Source: the human T2T-CHM13v2.0 reference genome, Homo sapiens. Taken from it: a stretch of DNA of 64,000 nt. A model generated the notes under the pieces. The model ran no database searches. It was not told the DNA's origin and saw nothing but the letters and a program-made list of their open reading frames with translations. A program made the position numbers and the translations under genes. Numbering within the stretch: position 1 is the stretch's first letter; every line of letters begins with the position of its first letter. The stretch is from NCBI RefSeq assembly GCF_009914755.1, contig NC_060944.1, one strand, 5' to 3'. Positions 43,901 to 58,960 of the stretch are shown here, piece by piece.

Positions 43901-45873
43901 GACTTACATATTTTGAGCTGTTATTTTGCTAGGAGCTATATTTGTCTTGATATTTCCAGAATTAAAATTACATTTAGAAGAATTTACTTCTTTTTCTCAT
44001 CTGTCATCTGACTTCCTTGATATGTATTGATAAGCCACTTATTTTTTGGAACCAATTAAATGTGCTCTGAAGATAAACATCTTAGGTTAAAAGTGCCAAA
44101 ATGGCAATGTAGAAGAAGGATCTTTTAATGTAACTTGAAACAAACAGACAAACACACAAAACCTGGTACCACATTAATGTAACTTTTGGTCTTGTTTATG
44201 GGTTTTAGGTAAAATCTATGTCCCTGGAAGATTAGGGTGGTTGTAGCCTGCCTTGGACATTTCCCCTGTGGCATGTTACTCCCCACTGGCATTTAAGAAG
44301 GACTTAATAAATGTTGAATGAGTACATTTTCTCCTTCATATTAGTTTGATCTAGGATGGGGATAAGAGTCCAGGTTCATTCTAGGTGGCTTTGTGCCAGC
44401 TGCTTTAAAAGGAGAAAAAGACCATTTTGTCTGTTTTGAAATTCATCTGCATTAATTGAGCTATATCTAATTACTGTCCTAGTCTAGAAATTAAAGAAAA
44501 GATATTTTTTAACTCACATTTATTGCATTAATCAGTTATATTCTCTGAATCTATACTGGTTTATTTGTCTTAAGAAAGCCTTTTTGAAATGACTTTTAAA
44601 AAGCCATCTGCTTAATACATCTTATTTCTCTTTTTTTTTTTTAATAACTTTGTTCCTTGTGGAGTCATCTCATTGGAGATTAATGAGATTAATGCTTAAT
44701 TTCTGTACCAAGACTCTAAGTGGGATATGGCTCCAAAACAAATATCCACAGCCAAAAAATAGAAGTAAACACCACTCTTTTTTTCCAAGAGCCATTGTGT
44801 TATGGACCATTTCGTGCCCAGCTGGTCTTTTCTGGTTTACCTATTATTACACTAACTTATTGCCCCAGTAGTGGACAGGTACAGAGGGAGTGCGTGGGTG
44901 GCCTTTCTACTCGACATGACAAAATAGGCTATCAAAAACTGTGTTTTAGTAATTCGCAGGGAGACAGGCTCTCTCTTTTCCTATTATACTTGGACAGAAG
45001 AGCCTTTTACCTTGTGAAATGAAATTGTAACTACAGTGGAAAAACCTATCACCCATGCCCAGAGTCTGCTTGTGAAGAAATGCTGGAGGGATAGCCAACC
45101 TTGCTGAATTTTCTCATCAAGATTGAGAGTTTGTCTGTCTTTAGTTTTGATTCTCATTCCTCTTTCTGGTCTTCAAATGACCTCTGTCTCCTGGGTCATA
45201 TTGTATTACTCAGGAGTTGATGATGACAATTACAGACTTATTACTGCCTTGCTGAAATGCTATTTTGTGAAAGTTGGGAATTTATATAAAATCAGTTAGT
45301 GGTAGGATTGATGAGATGTTTACCAGGCCTGGTAGGTAGCTGATTTCTTGTTTGACTTCTCAACTGAGGCAGGAAAGTAGGCAAGGAGATACCACTGAAA
45401 TATGATAAGAAACAAGTTTTCCTGGAAAAGCCATTTATGCTCTTCTATAAAATCACTTTTGTCTAAAATGTTTCTTATTTTTTAAGTTTCTAGGTTTCAT
45501 GTGACACATTTGTGAACATGGTATAAGACTAATCAAAGAAAAATGTGATATCTGGCCCACAAGACCTTAGAGGCTGAAAAAGGACTTGATCAATCTGAAT
45601 CTCTGTGGCATAGCTGAAATATGAAATTAGGTCTTCCAACCCATTGTGACCCGGAAAGGGGGGACCATGCTCTTGTTAGCTTAAACTTCAGATTTTAGAG
45701 GCTTTTGGAAAAATGAAGGCAATAGTGAGCGCTTTGGGCATTCTGTGGGAAGACAATCTGTATTATAGTGCTTTCATAGTTCTTGAGTATTTTAACTTCC
45801 TTGGCCTTTGACATACCTGATCTCATTTATTCCTTATAGCTACTCAGTGGAAGAGGCTGGGCAGAGACTATTA

Positions 45874-46120
45874 CCCTAGTTTTACAGATGAGGAAATTAA
45901 GCTGTAGGGAAATAAAGGAGCTTGCACAAGATTACATGGCTGGTGATAATTTTGGGACCATTCAGGTCACTAAAGATGTGAGGCAAAGATGAATATGACA
46001 CGACCCCAGTTTTACAGATGAGGAAATTAAGCTGTAAGGAAATAAAGGGGCTTGCACAAGATTACATGGCTGGTGATAATTTTGGGACCATGTGAGGCAA
46101 AGATGAATATGACATGACCC
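45874..46120. repeat. 130-bp tandem duplication of a MIR/L2 junction; second copy has a 16-bp deletion
   Basis: agttttacagatgaggaaattaagctgta at 45878 and 46008. Confidence 0.92.
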
Positions 46121-46356
46121 TTGTCCTCAAGCTTGCATTGACTCTTCATCTGTTGGTCTTTCAGATATACTCCACTTGTCTTTTTGAGGCTACTGTTTAA
46201 TAATCATCACATACTAGTTAATAAGTTTATTAACTAGAATTTAATCATGCATGGTGTTATTCAAGAGATGTAATGATAACACTACTTATTGCATTATTGC
46301 ATGCTGATTTAGATCCTTGTTCTATAGACATCTTATTTATGTATTTATTTATTTGC

Positions 46357-46513
<157 letters not shown>

Positions 46514-46873
46514 TGACTCCACAGTGGGTGGATGGGTGGATGGATGGATTTAGGTGAATGTTGCTATGCATATTAAATAAGCATTTGAATGGATTATGAA
46601 CTTTTCAAGAGAATAAATATGGGAGTTTCTTGGAAGAGTGGGGAGGTGTTAACATTTTATTCTTTTCCTTGAGTCTTTTACTAATTTATGGTGGAATTAA
46701 ATGATAGTTCTTTTCTCTGTGGTTACAACAGGGTCAATAGCTAGAATTAACCTGAATGTAGCCGTGTTTAAACTGAGTGTATATCCCCTTATGCATTAAT
46801 ATGAAGTATAGTTGGCAATAGCATTGTTATTGAAATCAGATGGACCTAACATTCTCCCTTACTATTGCAGTGA

Positions 46874-47217
<344 letters not shown>

Positions 47218-48474
47218 TAAATAGTGCTTACACCGAATCTTATAATGCTGCTGAAAGAATTCCAGTAGCATAGCACCAGACATGATGCTGTGACTTTTAA
47301 AAATGGCGGCTATTATTATGACAACTTTTAATTTTAGAGAGGGAGAACTACTAATTCCTGCTAGTCAAGGGTAGCTCTAGGGTTTCTAGGGGTTAGTTTG
47401 CTAACCTGGTTATTTTTGCTGTTTTTTATTATAATTGATTCAAATAATTTGTGTGTTTCGGTTTACTCTGTATCAGGCATATATGTTGACTCTGTCAACA
47501 GCTTTCTGATTATTTTTTAGATGAAGATGCTAAGCATGAAGGACTTTTGTCCAAAGACCTTTAAGCTCTTTACTCATATTAAGTTTTGGGTAAATATCAC
47601 CTTTAAGAGTGAAGGAGTAAGACACAGAAAGCATAGTTAATTATTCGTGATGGTCAGCTGGTCAGTTAGAGATGAGTAAAGCAAACCTTCAAGTAATTTT
47701 TCTTTCAGCAAAAGACCTGCATGTAATACCCAGAACATCAGTCATCAGCTAGCAAGTCCTGTCATTCTTGTTCTTATATTCTGCATCTTTTATTTTTTCT
47801 TTTAAGTGAAACTGCCCTGATTCTGACCTTTGTTGAATCTTCTGGATTCTGTTGTATGTAGTAGCTTTGGAATAGGTCTTTCTCCTTCAGGCCTGGCTCC
47901 CACAACTACCCACACATGCTGTCCACATGGTGGCTCCTGTGTGCCACCCCCGTCCCTCATGCTCACCGTGCTTTAGTGCGTCCTGCACACAGCTTTTAGC
48001 TTATTCTTTCCAAATACTATTTTCTTCAGCTAGTTACAATTTTCTTTCCCTTTTCCACTTCCTTCCCCTCTCCTCCAATCCTTTCTTCTCTTCAAATGCC
48101 TTTGTACATTCCAGTCTCTCTGCTTTTATTCCTTTGGTTTTGCTTTCTAGTCTCCCTGTCCTCATATTTTTAGTTGCCTGTTTTCTGAGCAGTCTTCTTC
48201 TAGCAAGTCATAACTAATTCCCCAGCTCCATCTGATTGCTCCTTTTCAGGACGCCTGCAGTTCATATTGTCTGTGTGTATTCTTCATTTGTTACATGTTG
48301 GTTATGTCCTGTGGTGTATGGTTTTTAAAATTGTTTTAGATTATCTATCTTTCTCATTTTACAGATGAGGAAACTGAGGCCCAGAATGAAGAATGGATTG
48401 GCCTTTATCATGTTCAGTACTTTAGTCATCATGGGCATTCAATAAATGCAGTTTGCTGGAGCAAGGTGTCTGTT

Positions 48475-48575
48475 TCTCTCTCTCTCTCTCTCTCTCCCCC
48501 GTTGTGTGTGTGTGCACCCGTGTGTGTATGTGTGTGTGTGTGTCTGTGTGTGTGTGTGAGAGAGAGAGAGAGGGA
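48475..48575 (+). repeat. Compound microsatellite (TC)n-(GT)n-(GA)n
   Basis: Read directly from the sequence. Confidence 0.95.
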
Positions 48576-48708
48576 GTTTTAAGGTGAGGGAAAGGAAACT
48601 TATAAGTTTAGTTCTGCCACCCAGTTTCCAAATATAACTCTTTCTCTCCTTCATGTTTTCTTTTCTTTATACTTCCCTTTCTTTTCTTTTCTCTCTCTCT
48701 CCCTTTCT

Positions 48709-49024
<316 letters not shown>

Positions 49025-49632
49025 CTGTACTTCCCTTTCCTTTTCCTATTTTTGCACAATTTTAAATTCTGTATTCTTCCTTTTATATTCACAGCAGTGT
49101 GACATTTGAAGGGACAGAGGTTGGTGGGGACTAGCCCAATTCCATATAAATTTTTCCCTTTGTTTTCAACCAATTATATCATGTCCTGATCTCTGAAGAC
49201 TCCTTGGTGAACATCAGCCACCTCTTCTCAGAAATTATTACTGCCTTCAAAGGTGAACTGTACAAGGTAGTTAAGATTATACTGAGTTTCAAGAATTTAA
49301 ATTATGAGATGAGGTTGAGGGTGTTGGCCTATTTCTCACTGGAAGTGACTTCCCAGGCGATCTATTTAAAATTTTGAAATCTGTGAAAATTCAGTGAACC
49401 TGTGGACTAAGCAGCCAGGAAGGCAGCATAAGGCAAGAGACTGAGTGAGTCAGTTAACATTTAATGAACACCTGCTGTGGGTAGAACCTTGTTGAAGAGA
49501 TGTTAATAAAACTGGAGTCTATTAAAGGTAGATGGTGATAAAGCAATTGATGAGGAAACGGAAGGGAATCAAGGATTAAGAAAAATACTGGTACCGTTTC
49601 AGTATGTGTGTTATACCCTTAACATTTTTCAC

Positions 49633-49730
49633 ATGTGTCCATAGCTGTGGTCGATTTGCTTCAGGAATTAACAGATATAGACACCCTCCATGAGAGTGAA
49701 GAGGGAGCAGAAGTGCTCATCGATGCTCTG
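49633..49730 (+). CDS. CTNNBL1: CTNNBL1 coding exon 5 (98 nt; D-VSIAVVDLLQELTDIDTLHESEEGAEVLIDAL), starting after the AC acceptor
   Basis: cac|ATGTGTCC start, donor CTG|gtaagt at 49730/1, phase 1-0. Confidence 0.96.
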
Positions 49731-52700
49731 GTAAGTTGCACATCCTCTGGGGTTTTGCAGGTTTGTATAAGTTGTTGGCATTGCCACCACCATCGTCTCG
49801 GAGAGTGGCCACCAGGTGGAACTCCACGGCAAGGCTGGAGTGTGGTGAGGCTGGAGTGAATAAGGAGAGTAAAAAAGTAGAGATGTGGCTGGGGCAGTGC
49901 TTTATGCTTTGGGACTGTGTCAGGTAGAGGCCTCGCCCTTATTAAGTCTCTGCTGTGGGCAGGGCCATTTCTCATTCTTCTCACCACATCCTCTCACATG
50001 GGCATTATTGCTATTATTTCCATTTACAGCCATGAAGCTGTGACTTAGGCCAAACAAATGGCCCATGGTCACACAGCCAGGATTTGAACCTGTGGTCTCC
50101 TAGACTCTATGTTTTCTGCCCCTTTCTTCCCTCCTCTCTTTTGTTGCTACTGACCTTTTTACAAAGAGCTTTCACAAATGTTTTTCTCATCTGGACTTTC
50201 TAATCCCAAGTGCCAGTGAGAACAGGTATTATTATTATTACTTATTTTACAGATAGGTCATCAGAGAGGAATTGGAGAATGTCGAAAATAAGAACAAACT
50301 TTATAGCTCATTGAGGCCAGAATGGCATTCCCTGCCTGTAGACGACAAGGCAGTTGATTTCTGCCATCTTTTGAGGAGCCTAGGCAAGGCCTCAGAATGT
50401 TCCTTAGCTATTGATCCACACAGCAGCTAACCCAGAGGAGTTGGTCTGTGAGGCGCAGCTGTGACCAGGTGCCAGCTAGGCAAACTGCCTTACATGTGAG
50501 GAAACCCAGCTGCAGAAGTGAAGCCTCCCGCTGGGTCGCTCAGCCCGTCCTGTGACAGCTGATAAAAGAGACTGCATGTTCTGATCCCCAACACAATTCT
50601 GTTTCCACTGCCCCAGATTCCCCAGTTCACTGGTGATCAGAAAGGGCCACAAAGCTGCAAAGGCACCCCAGCTGGCCAGCGGCAGAAGTGCATCTAGTCC
50701 AGCCCCTACCCTGATACCACCTGTGGAGCTCTGTCCACCTGCAGAGCTGTATCCCTCCTCAAGGCTCTGTGGATTGTTCTTCTTCTGTTGTTTCTCTTGT
50801 CTTTTCTCTCTGGTAAGAATGTTAGTATTGGTTTTGACTCAGTTAGCAGTTGATCAAAGATTACTCCAGCCACTAGTATTAGAAGCACCTGGGCTGCTTG
50901 TTTGGCTACTTTCTAGTCCTACCCAAGACCCACTGAATCAGAATGGCTGGGCCTGGGGTCCCAGATGATCCCGAAACCCCACTGCTACACTGCCCACCCC
51001 CTCCTCACCCTTTCTCATAATGTTCTCGACACTAGAAATTTCCCATGTGCCGTGCTTGCTGTTGGCATTTGGTGTGAATGAAGGGGTTGTGAACCCACTG
51101 GTTATGAAGAACTGGCTCTTACAGAGAGTGAGGCTAGTGTCCAGCAGGGCCATTTATGACCGAATATAATGAAAATTTCTATGGCCATTTTTCTTTCAGG
51201 CTCCTTTAGAGAGCAAACTGCTACTTTTGTAGAATTCAGGGCATTTATTTTTCGTTTGAACCACTGTGCAGAAAGAAGAGGATGATGTTGGGATGTCGTT
51301 TTGTTTTGAGGGGCGTCTGAGGAAAGACTGTGGCACTTGCTCCTACTCTGTGTCCCTGCAGTGTCGTTTGTGCAGTCTTACCTTCCAGAGGTTAATTACA
51401 TGGCCCTGAATGAGCCTTCCTGCTTGGTCCCTGGGCTGATTTTAATTACCATCCTTTGCCTGTCTGAATAGGGAAGACGAGAGAGGAACAGCTAGCCTGG
51501 CTGTTGCATGTAAAACATACCCAGAAACAGCAATTCACTCAAAAGCCCCCTTTGTTTTTTCTGTGTTGTCAAGCCCACTGACAAAAGCTGCATCTTGGCA
51601 GATTTTATTGTTTGTTTGGAAAGAAACAGTTCACCCTCAGTCTGGGGAGCCACTAGGTAACTGCTATACAGGATGTTCTGTTTGTTTAGTTTAGTTTTTA
51701 TTTTTATTATTATTATATTAGTTTAAGATTTTGACTCTTACAGGTTTATCCTGGTGGGGCTGGTAGGAATCACAAGCATTGAACATTCCTGGACTCCAGT
51801 AGATTATTTGCTTGTCTGCAACCAGTCGGAAGTCATCAGTAAATATCAGAGAACAGAACCAGCGGTGGTCTTCCATTTACTTTTTTTACTCTTGGCTGCA
51901 TTCAGGAAGAAATTTGATAAGTACTCTCATATTACAAGGGTTGAGTTGTCTTTGTAGTTTTAATTTGAGGCCAATATCTGAGGCCTAGAATTGCACGAGC
52001 AGAGGCTAGAGGGCATGTGGCAGAATTTATTGTGGTGTGCAGTTTGCAGTTATTGCTTTGGTCTTTTTCCCAGTTGGAAGTCCTAAGCAATAGGATGGCA
52101 CATTTGTGGGGAAAGAACACTGTCCTGGCATTCTCAGGGATCTTCGGGGTTTTAAAATTTGGTTCATATCCACTGCTGTTACTTACGCAAAAGGCAAATA
52201 TTTGTGCTTTGTAACAAGTTGATCTGGTAGCCTGGAAAATGGACTCTTTTCTGAAGAGTGGTAAGCGAGAGGGTATATTGCTTTGATGGCAATTCTCTGG
52301 CTTACCTCTCCAAAGATGACTTTGGACTTCTTGAGAATGATGATTAAATTACAGTCATTTTTCTACTTGCCAGTCCCCAAACTTGCCATGTGCTAGGTAG
52401 TCCCATGCCTTCGCTCATGCTTTGCCTTCCACTTGCCTAGCCTTGCTTCTCTGGGGCTACCTGGAATACTACCTCTCATCCCTTTATCTCTTCCCTTTTG
52501 AGTTTTTTCCAGACTCATCACCTCAGCAGGATGTGTTGTTCTAGCACTTTGTACATTCTGGCACTTGTCACATTGGATTATAGATGTCTGTTTATAAGTT
52601 TGTCCTTCCTGAGGTGTGATCCCCGTCAGGGGAGTGGTCAGAGCAGTGACTTTGTCATTTACCAATTCTGTGTCCTTGGGAAAGTTACTAACCTCTCCAT

Positions 52701-53619
52701 ACTGTTTCTTTCTCTGTAAAATGGAGATAACAGTAGTGCCTATCATACAGTACCAAAGTGATGAACAAGTGAGATATTTAATAAGTCTTTAGAACAGTCT
52801 GGCACAGAGTAAACACCTGATAAATGTTGGCCATTATCATTATAAAGGTACTATGCCTGGCAGATATTAAGCATTTAGCAAATGTCAGGTTAAAATTGTA
52901 TGTATCATCTACCACACAGTGAGATGTCTGTGAATATTGAGTTCACAAACATTTTTTTCAGTTTAAAAAATATTTCAAAAACATTTTGAACAAACACTCA
53001 ATAAAACCACATTTGGATGGGGTGGGCCTAAATAAGAAATGAGAGGATAGAGCTTTAGTTTAAAAAAAAAAAAAAAGGAAGAAGTAAGTAATGATAATAC
53101 AAGGCAGAACATTGAAAACAGCTATGAGAGGGGCAGTGTTCTGTGGACATGAAGAGAGAGTGCTCGCTTCTGATGGAATAATCAGGAAGGGCTGCAGAGA
53201 TGCAGGCATCGGTGATGGCCTCTGAAAGGGGGCTTTAATATGAGAGCATATGGAGGTGTCCCAGCCAACAGAGATGGAAGTGTGGCTGGGTGGTGTAGCT
53301 GGCCAGTGTCTAGGAGCCAGCATTTGCTTTATAGAAACGCTTTATAGAGTTCCACAAAAAGTGGCTTTGATGTGGACTGCCAGGGGACTACCCTCCATAC
53401 TCATTCCTGCACTAAATTAACTCTACTGAAATGTTAAACTTTGAAGCCCTATCTTGGTTTGCCTTGGACTTGGTTGGCAATGGATTTGTGCTGCCCAGGT
53501 GAGGCTGAGGTTGGCCAGGTTTATGTTGCTGTAAGGGTACTTACTATGAAAATTCCTGGATTCTATTCCTTCCCATTTCCATTCATGTTCTCACCTTCAT
53601 CTGTATTTGTTCCAAAGCA

Positions 53620-54210
53620 AAATTCATTTGTTCATTTGTTCACTAAATGTTTATTGAATGCTTGATGTGTTCCTGATTGTAGGAACCAGCTATATAGCTG
53701 TGAGCAAGCCTGACAAAGCCTCTGCTTTTGTGGAGCTCACAAGGTATGAGTGTAGGGAGAGACAGTAGATACATAAACAAGAAAACTATCAGAGAGTGGT
53801 TCTCTGTTTAAGAGAATTAAAATAGAGTGATGTGATGTAGAGTAGCTGGGAAGTCAGGTTGGATTAAATAGTCAGGCAAGGCCTGAGTTCTGGAAGAAAC
53901 CAGCCATTCAAAATGATCAAGAGCAGGATGGGAAAAGGGCAGAAGACCTAAGGCAAGACTGAGGTTGACATATTCAAGGAACAGAGAAGGGGCCAGTCTT
54001 GTTAATGTGCAGCTGGGGCGAGGGGAGAAAGCAGAGTCAGGGCCAGACCACGCTGGGCTCTGTGGGCCTTGGTGAAGAGGTTGGGTGGCATTGCCAGGGT
54101 GAAGGGAAGTAATTAGAAGATATAAGCAGGGGAGTGGTGTCATAGCCTGACAGCATTTTAAACAGAGCATCTAGCTGCTGTGTGGATAATGGACTGGAGG
54201 GGCAAGAATG
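53620..54210 (-). mobile_element. L2 3' fragment
   Basis: ttcatttgttcactaaatgtttattgaatgc tail, followed by an L2 body. Confidence 0.7.
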
Positions 54211-57200
54211 GAAGCTAAAAGGTTACAGCTAGGATACAACAGGCCTGAGTTTTGCATTATGACCATGTTACCATATTATTCTCAAAACTTGTTTGATCAA
54301 GATTCAGTGGGTGTGGGGTTTTATTGTTATTACTGTGTTTTAAATATGAAATTCCTGAAACTCCTAGTAGGCAGAAAAATCCCAATCTCATTCTTGAGAA
54401 AGCTTATTGGCAGATCGTACCAGATAGAAAAAGAAGCCTCCTTCAAACCCTCTCATCTGTCTCTTTTTTACTTCCTCCTCTTCTCTTATATCCATCCTCT
54501 TTGGTCAAGTGGAAGATGATGTGTGATCATGCCCTTGAACTTTAACTCCCGGAATATTGTTTGGGATGCCTGCTAACAATCAGAAATAACAAATGACTTA
54601 GCAGAAAACATCACACCCCAGACAGTCCTGATTTCCAAGGCAAGGGTTGCCCTGGCTGATGCTTTAATCCCTAAGCAGGATTTGTTTTTAGTTTCAGACT
54701 TTGTCACAGGTCCAGAAAATTGAAGGTAGACCCAAGGGGTTAGAGGGAATAGAATAGAATGCTAATATGTACTTTTACTGAGCGATATCCAGAGCTATGC
54801 ATAATATAAATATTTTTTGAAGGGTTTTCTGAGCTAAATGTATTTTGACTGCTTTTGGCCTTCCTGCAATCAGATAAAATTGCATTTAACCCAACTAAAC
54901 ATAAAGTTTCACAGTTTGCAAGCTTAAAAAGGCTGCCTGTTAGAAGTTGGATTTCCGTAGCAAGAAGAAAGATTTTCCTCCAGCCAGAGGCCCATTATCC
55001 ATAACCATTCAGCTCTAGGACTTAAATGCATTGCTCACTGACAGTGTCCCCACTAGCTTCTAGGCAGCAGAGATGGGAAACATAACTAAGAATCAAAGAA
55101 AGGAGGGAAAATAATGCAGGTAAAGCGGCAATAAGCAATTGAAATTGGTGTAGCAGTTTGCAGAACTGGCAAGCAGTGTGATACCCAGTGGAGTGGCGGT
55201 GTCTGCTGCTTTAGGATTCAGGGAGATTATAAGTCAATCAGGGTGATTTAGGGAAAAACATACTGTGACATGGTTCATATTTTCCCCCCAGATGTTTTTC
55301 TGTTTTCTCTCACGTACTCAAAATGTCCAGTTAATTAAGGAAAACACTGTAGTGGATTTCTTTAGTGAAGCTTTTGCTGGCTGTGAGATTTGAGAGCAAG
55401 ATTGTGTAGCTCTTGGCACAAGATGGGAAAACAGCACTTTCCTGTATTTACAGGCTCCCAAATCTGGCATCAGTGTTTCTTCAAATAGCATCCCCTCCTT
55501 TTTCCTCATACCAGGGCATAAAGGAGAGCCTAGAAAAATCTAATTCATTTGTGATTCAGGTATCACAAATTAGTCAATAATTTCACCTTTCCCTTGTCCG
55601 TGTATTTCCCTTAAGCCTCACCCAGACAGAGTAAAGAGTCCATGTTTCAAGATCTATGCCACCTACCATTGCCTGCCTCCTCAAGCTTGGTTTGAATTGT
55701 GTCTATAGAATACCTTACACGCAAGGACTCTGGAAGTATTGGTTGGATGAGATCGTTTCCTTCTTTTTTCTCCCTCCATTCTCTCCCGTCATTGAATTAA
55801 TGGGGGATTATGGGAAAAAGTAGAGTTGGAGTTGGGCACTTCTGCCACCAGCTTTGTGACTTCAGTCAGGCTAATTAACCTCTCAGAGCCTTTACTTTCT
55901 CACCTGTGAAAGATGTGAGAATTACATGAGGATAAATGGAGCAATTACAGTGCACAAACTATGTGTTCCATCAATTTATTTAAATCTAGCAAGATTTACT
56001 GAGTATCTGCCGTATATGGCATTGTAGTAGACTTGGGGTATACAAAGATGAATGAAGCAAGGTGCCTGCCTTTCAGGAACTTGGCTTTTTCTTAGCCAGT
56101 GGAAGAGAGGAACTGTGAATAATCAGGCATCAACAGGGTAAAGGGCTAGATTCAAACCTTCTGCTTGATTCTTTGAGGAGCTGCCATGAACTAGACCTAG
56201 GGTAAGGCCTGTTACATATTTTCATTTACTCTTTAGCACTTATCCCCATTTCATAAGTGAGGAAACCGAAACACTGAGAGGGAGGATAACGCAAATATGC
56301 AGCAGACCGTGTCTTCAGATGTGGCTTTACTTATTGGCTGTGCTTAAGAATCCATTACCAGATGGATCATCCCTTCCTGATGATAGAAAACTAGATGTTT
56401 CCTTAGTTATCTTCCTTGGTGTGCCTCAGGGCTACCTAAGGGCAGTCTCCTTAGAACACAGATTGTGCACAGGAGGTAGCATGAAGTAGTAAAAGCATTA
56501 TTTCACCTAAGGAGAAGGAAGCCTGGGTTTTGCCTTTGCCTCCACTGCTCCATAGCTGTGTAGTCTTGGCTGAGTCACTAATGTCTTGAACATCAGCTGT
56601 ATGATGTGGCTACTGAAAGTTTCCTATCTGTTTCAACATGTGTGACTCCATTAAGAGAAATACAGTAGCTTTCTGTGCATTCAATGTCATACAAATAGAA
56701 GACATTTTATTGTGTTGATTATTCCTTTTAAGAGGGAACTATAAATTCTTCATAAGTAGTAGTTTCATAAAAGCTTAGCAAGGAAACAGGAATGTTTTGA
56801 GGTCAACATAGAATGTGGCTGGTGCACATTCTAGTGAAACATCTTTTGGTGCATTGGCCTAAAGACGTGTTTTGGCTTGAATGAACCGTTGACCTGACTT
56901 AAGATGGCATTCTCGTAAGGTAGTACCACAGAGAAGGAGAACGAGCACAGGGCTTGGTTTCAGATGGTCTGTGTTCAAGTGCTAACACTGTCACTCACCA
57001 ACCTTTTAACCTTGAATTTTACTTTGTCTGCTTGAGCTCCAGTTGACTCATCTGAAGTTAGAGATAATGATGCCTGCCTTTTACTTACCTCAGGGTCACT
57101 TTAAGACTTAAAAGAGATAATGGGATGGGAGAGCACCTTGTAAACCATAGATTGCTGCTTATTTACTTACTTTGTTCATTCAAATAGTGGAGAAGTAAGT

Positions 57201-57270
57201 ATGGGAACGGGAACATTTTGGGGACCATTTTATGACATCCCTCTCTCCTTTTGCTTCGCTATTCTTGCAG

Positions 57271-57364
57271 GTGGATGGGCAGGTGGTAGCACTGCTGGTA
57301 CAGAATCTGGAGCGCCTGGATGAGTCTGTGAAAGAGGAGGCAGATGGCGTCCACAACACTCTGG
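57271..57364 (+). CDS. CTNNBL1: CTNNBL1 coding exon 6 (94 nt; VDGQVVALLVQNLERLDESVKEEADGVHNTL-A)
   Basis: Acceptor attcttgcag|GTG, donor CTGG|gtgaga, phase 0-1. Confidence 0.97.
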
Positions 57365-58439
57365 GTGAGAGGAAGGGTGCTTGCCATTGCCTGAGTTGCT
57401 TTGTGTTTGTTTTGGGACTCTGTGCTCATTTCCCTTCCTTCTTCATAATAGAGTCAATAGCAGGCTGTTTTCCTTCCTTCTGCTCCCAAACTGCCTTCTC
57501 AGAAATGAAGACCTTTGTGTAAATTTCATATAACTTCAGCTTTGGTTTGGCTTGTAGGTAATGAAAGCAGAAATCCACTAAGTAGGTAACCTTCCTAAAC
57601 AAAAAACCAGTGGCTCTGGTTAGCGGGCCTTCGCCTCCAAAAGTTAGGATGAAACCTATGCTGGTTAATTTTGTTTCCTTTGGAATGTGTATATTTAAAC
57701 ATTTTAAATCCTTTTAAGTCGTTTTTTCTTATCACTTTTCTTTCATGGAACTGCAAACTTTTGGACCATTCTGTACCTTTGTAGGACATTTTATTTGAAA
57801 AAGAGTTTTTCTCTCTCTTCTTAGGTGTAGACTACCACGTAAACTGTGATTTGAAATATTGCTACTACTTGGCTGTCCCTACATCAGATTTTCATTTAAG
57901 TGGATTCCTCTGTAGTATTTCTCCTCTTCCTTCTCCTCCTTGAATCTCCCCAGTCTTTCCTTTTGTAAAGTTGTTGAACCGATATCCTATTTAAAATTGT
58001 GTTTTGGGGGTAGCTCTCTTTATTACTGGTCACTGTCTTATAAAACCAGAGATGACATATCTGTAAACAGAGCTTGAGAAATGAACAAGGCCCAGTGGAA
58101 GCAGAAAATTTGATGAGATTAGATTTTTTTTTTTTAGCTTCTTTGTGTACCACAGATTTCTATTGTAGTTCTGGACTCTGTTCCCTGAGGATTATCATAA
58201 AGAAGGGGAAACATGGGCACCTGGGGGGAAGAGGAGGAACACAACACTCTGTAATTTGGGTTGGCTGTAGTCTAGAGCCAGAATTTGGCATTGCCATTTG
58301 TTAGCAGAGTGCTGGATTTTGCGGTATCAAAAGTCTGTTAACTGACTGCTAACTGTCTGTTAATAAAAAGTACCAGCCTGCCAGTCTACAGAGATCTATT
58401 TGCAGCTCGGTCAGCTACTAACAGCTCAGGAGAGTCTTC

Positions 58440-58960
58440 CCTCTCTCTCACTTATTGAGTGCCTGATGTTTGTCAGGCACTGTGCTAGGTACTAGGGTAG
58501 ATTATGGTGAAGTAGGCATGGTTCTGCTCCTGACAGGGCAGACAGATAGGTGAGTCTTGAAAAGAAAGGAAAGACAATGCTGGGTGACAGACGGTGTCGT
58601 AGGAGTCAGTGAAAAGCACTGTGGGAATGAAGAGGAAGAGCCTCCAAATTGCTGGATAGGAGCAGCTAGCTCCTGTGCATGACTGTGGCTGAATATGAAG
58701 ACAGGTGCATTTTGACAGGTGGAGGAGTGGGAGAAGGGCCTTCATGAGGGGAGTATCATTTGCAAAGTCATGAATGGGGCTGGGATTTGAGGAAAGACTA
58801 GAAATGGCCTGTGACAGTCAGAGGTGGGAGATGGAACTGGAGGAATAAGTTTGTCCAGATAATGGAAGACCTTGTAAACCATGGCAGGAAGCTTGGATTT
58901 TGTTCGAGTGAACAATAGGAAGCCATCTAAAATATAAGCAGAAGAATAGGATAAAGTCAT
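58440..58960 (-). mobile_element. L2 fragment
   Basis: cttattgagtgcctgatg...caggcactgtgctagg...ggaagccat. Confidence 0.65.
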
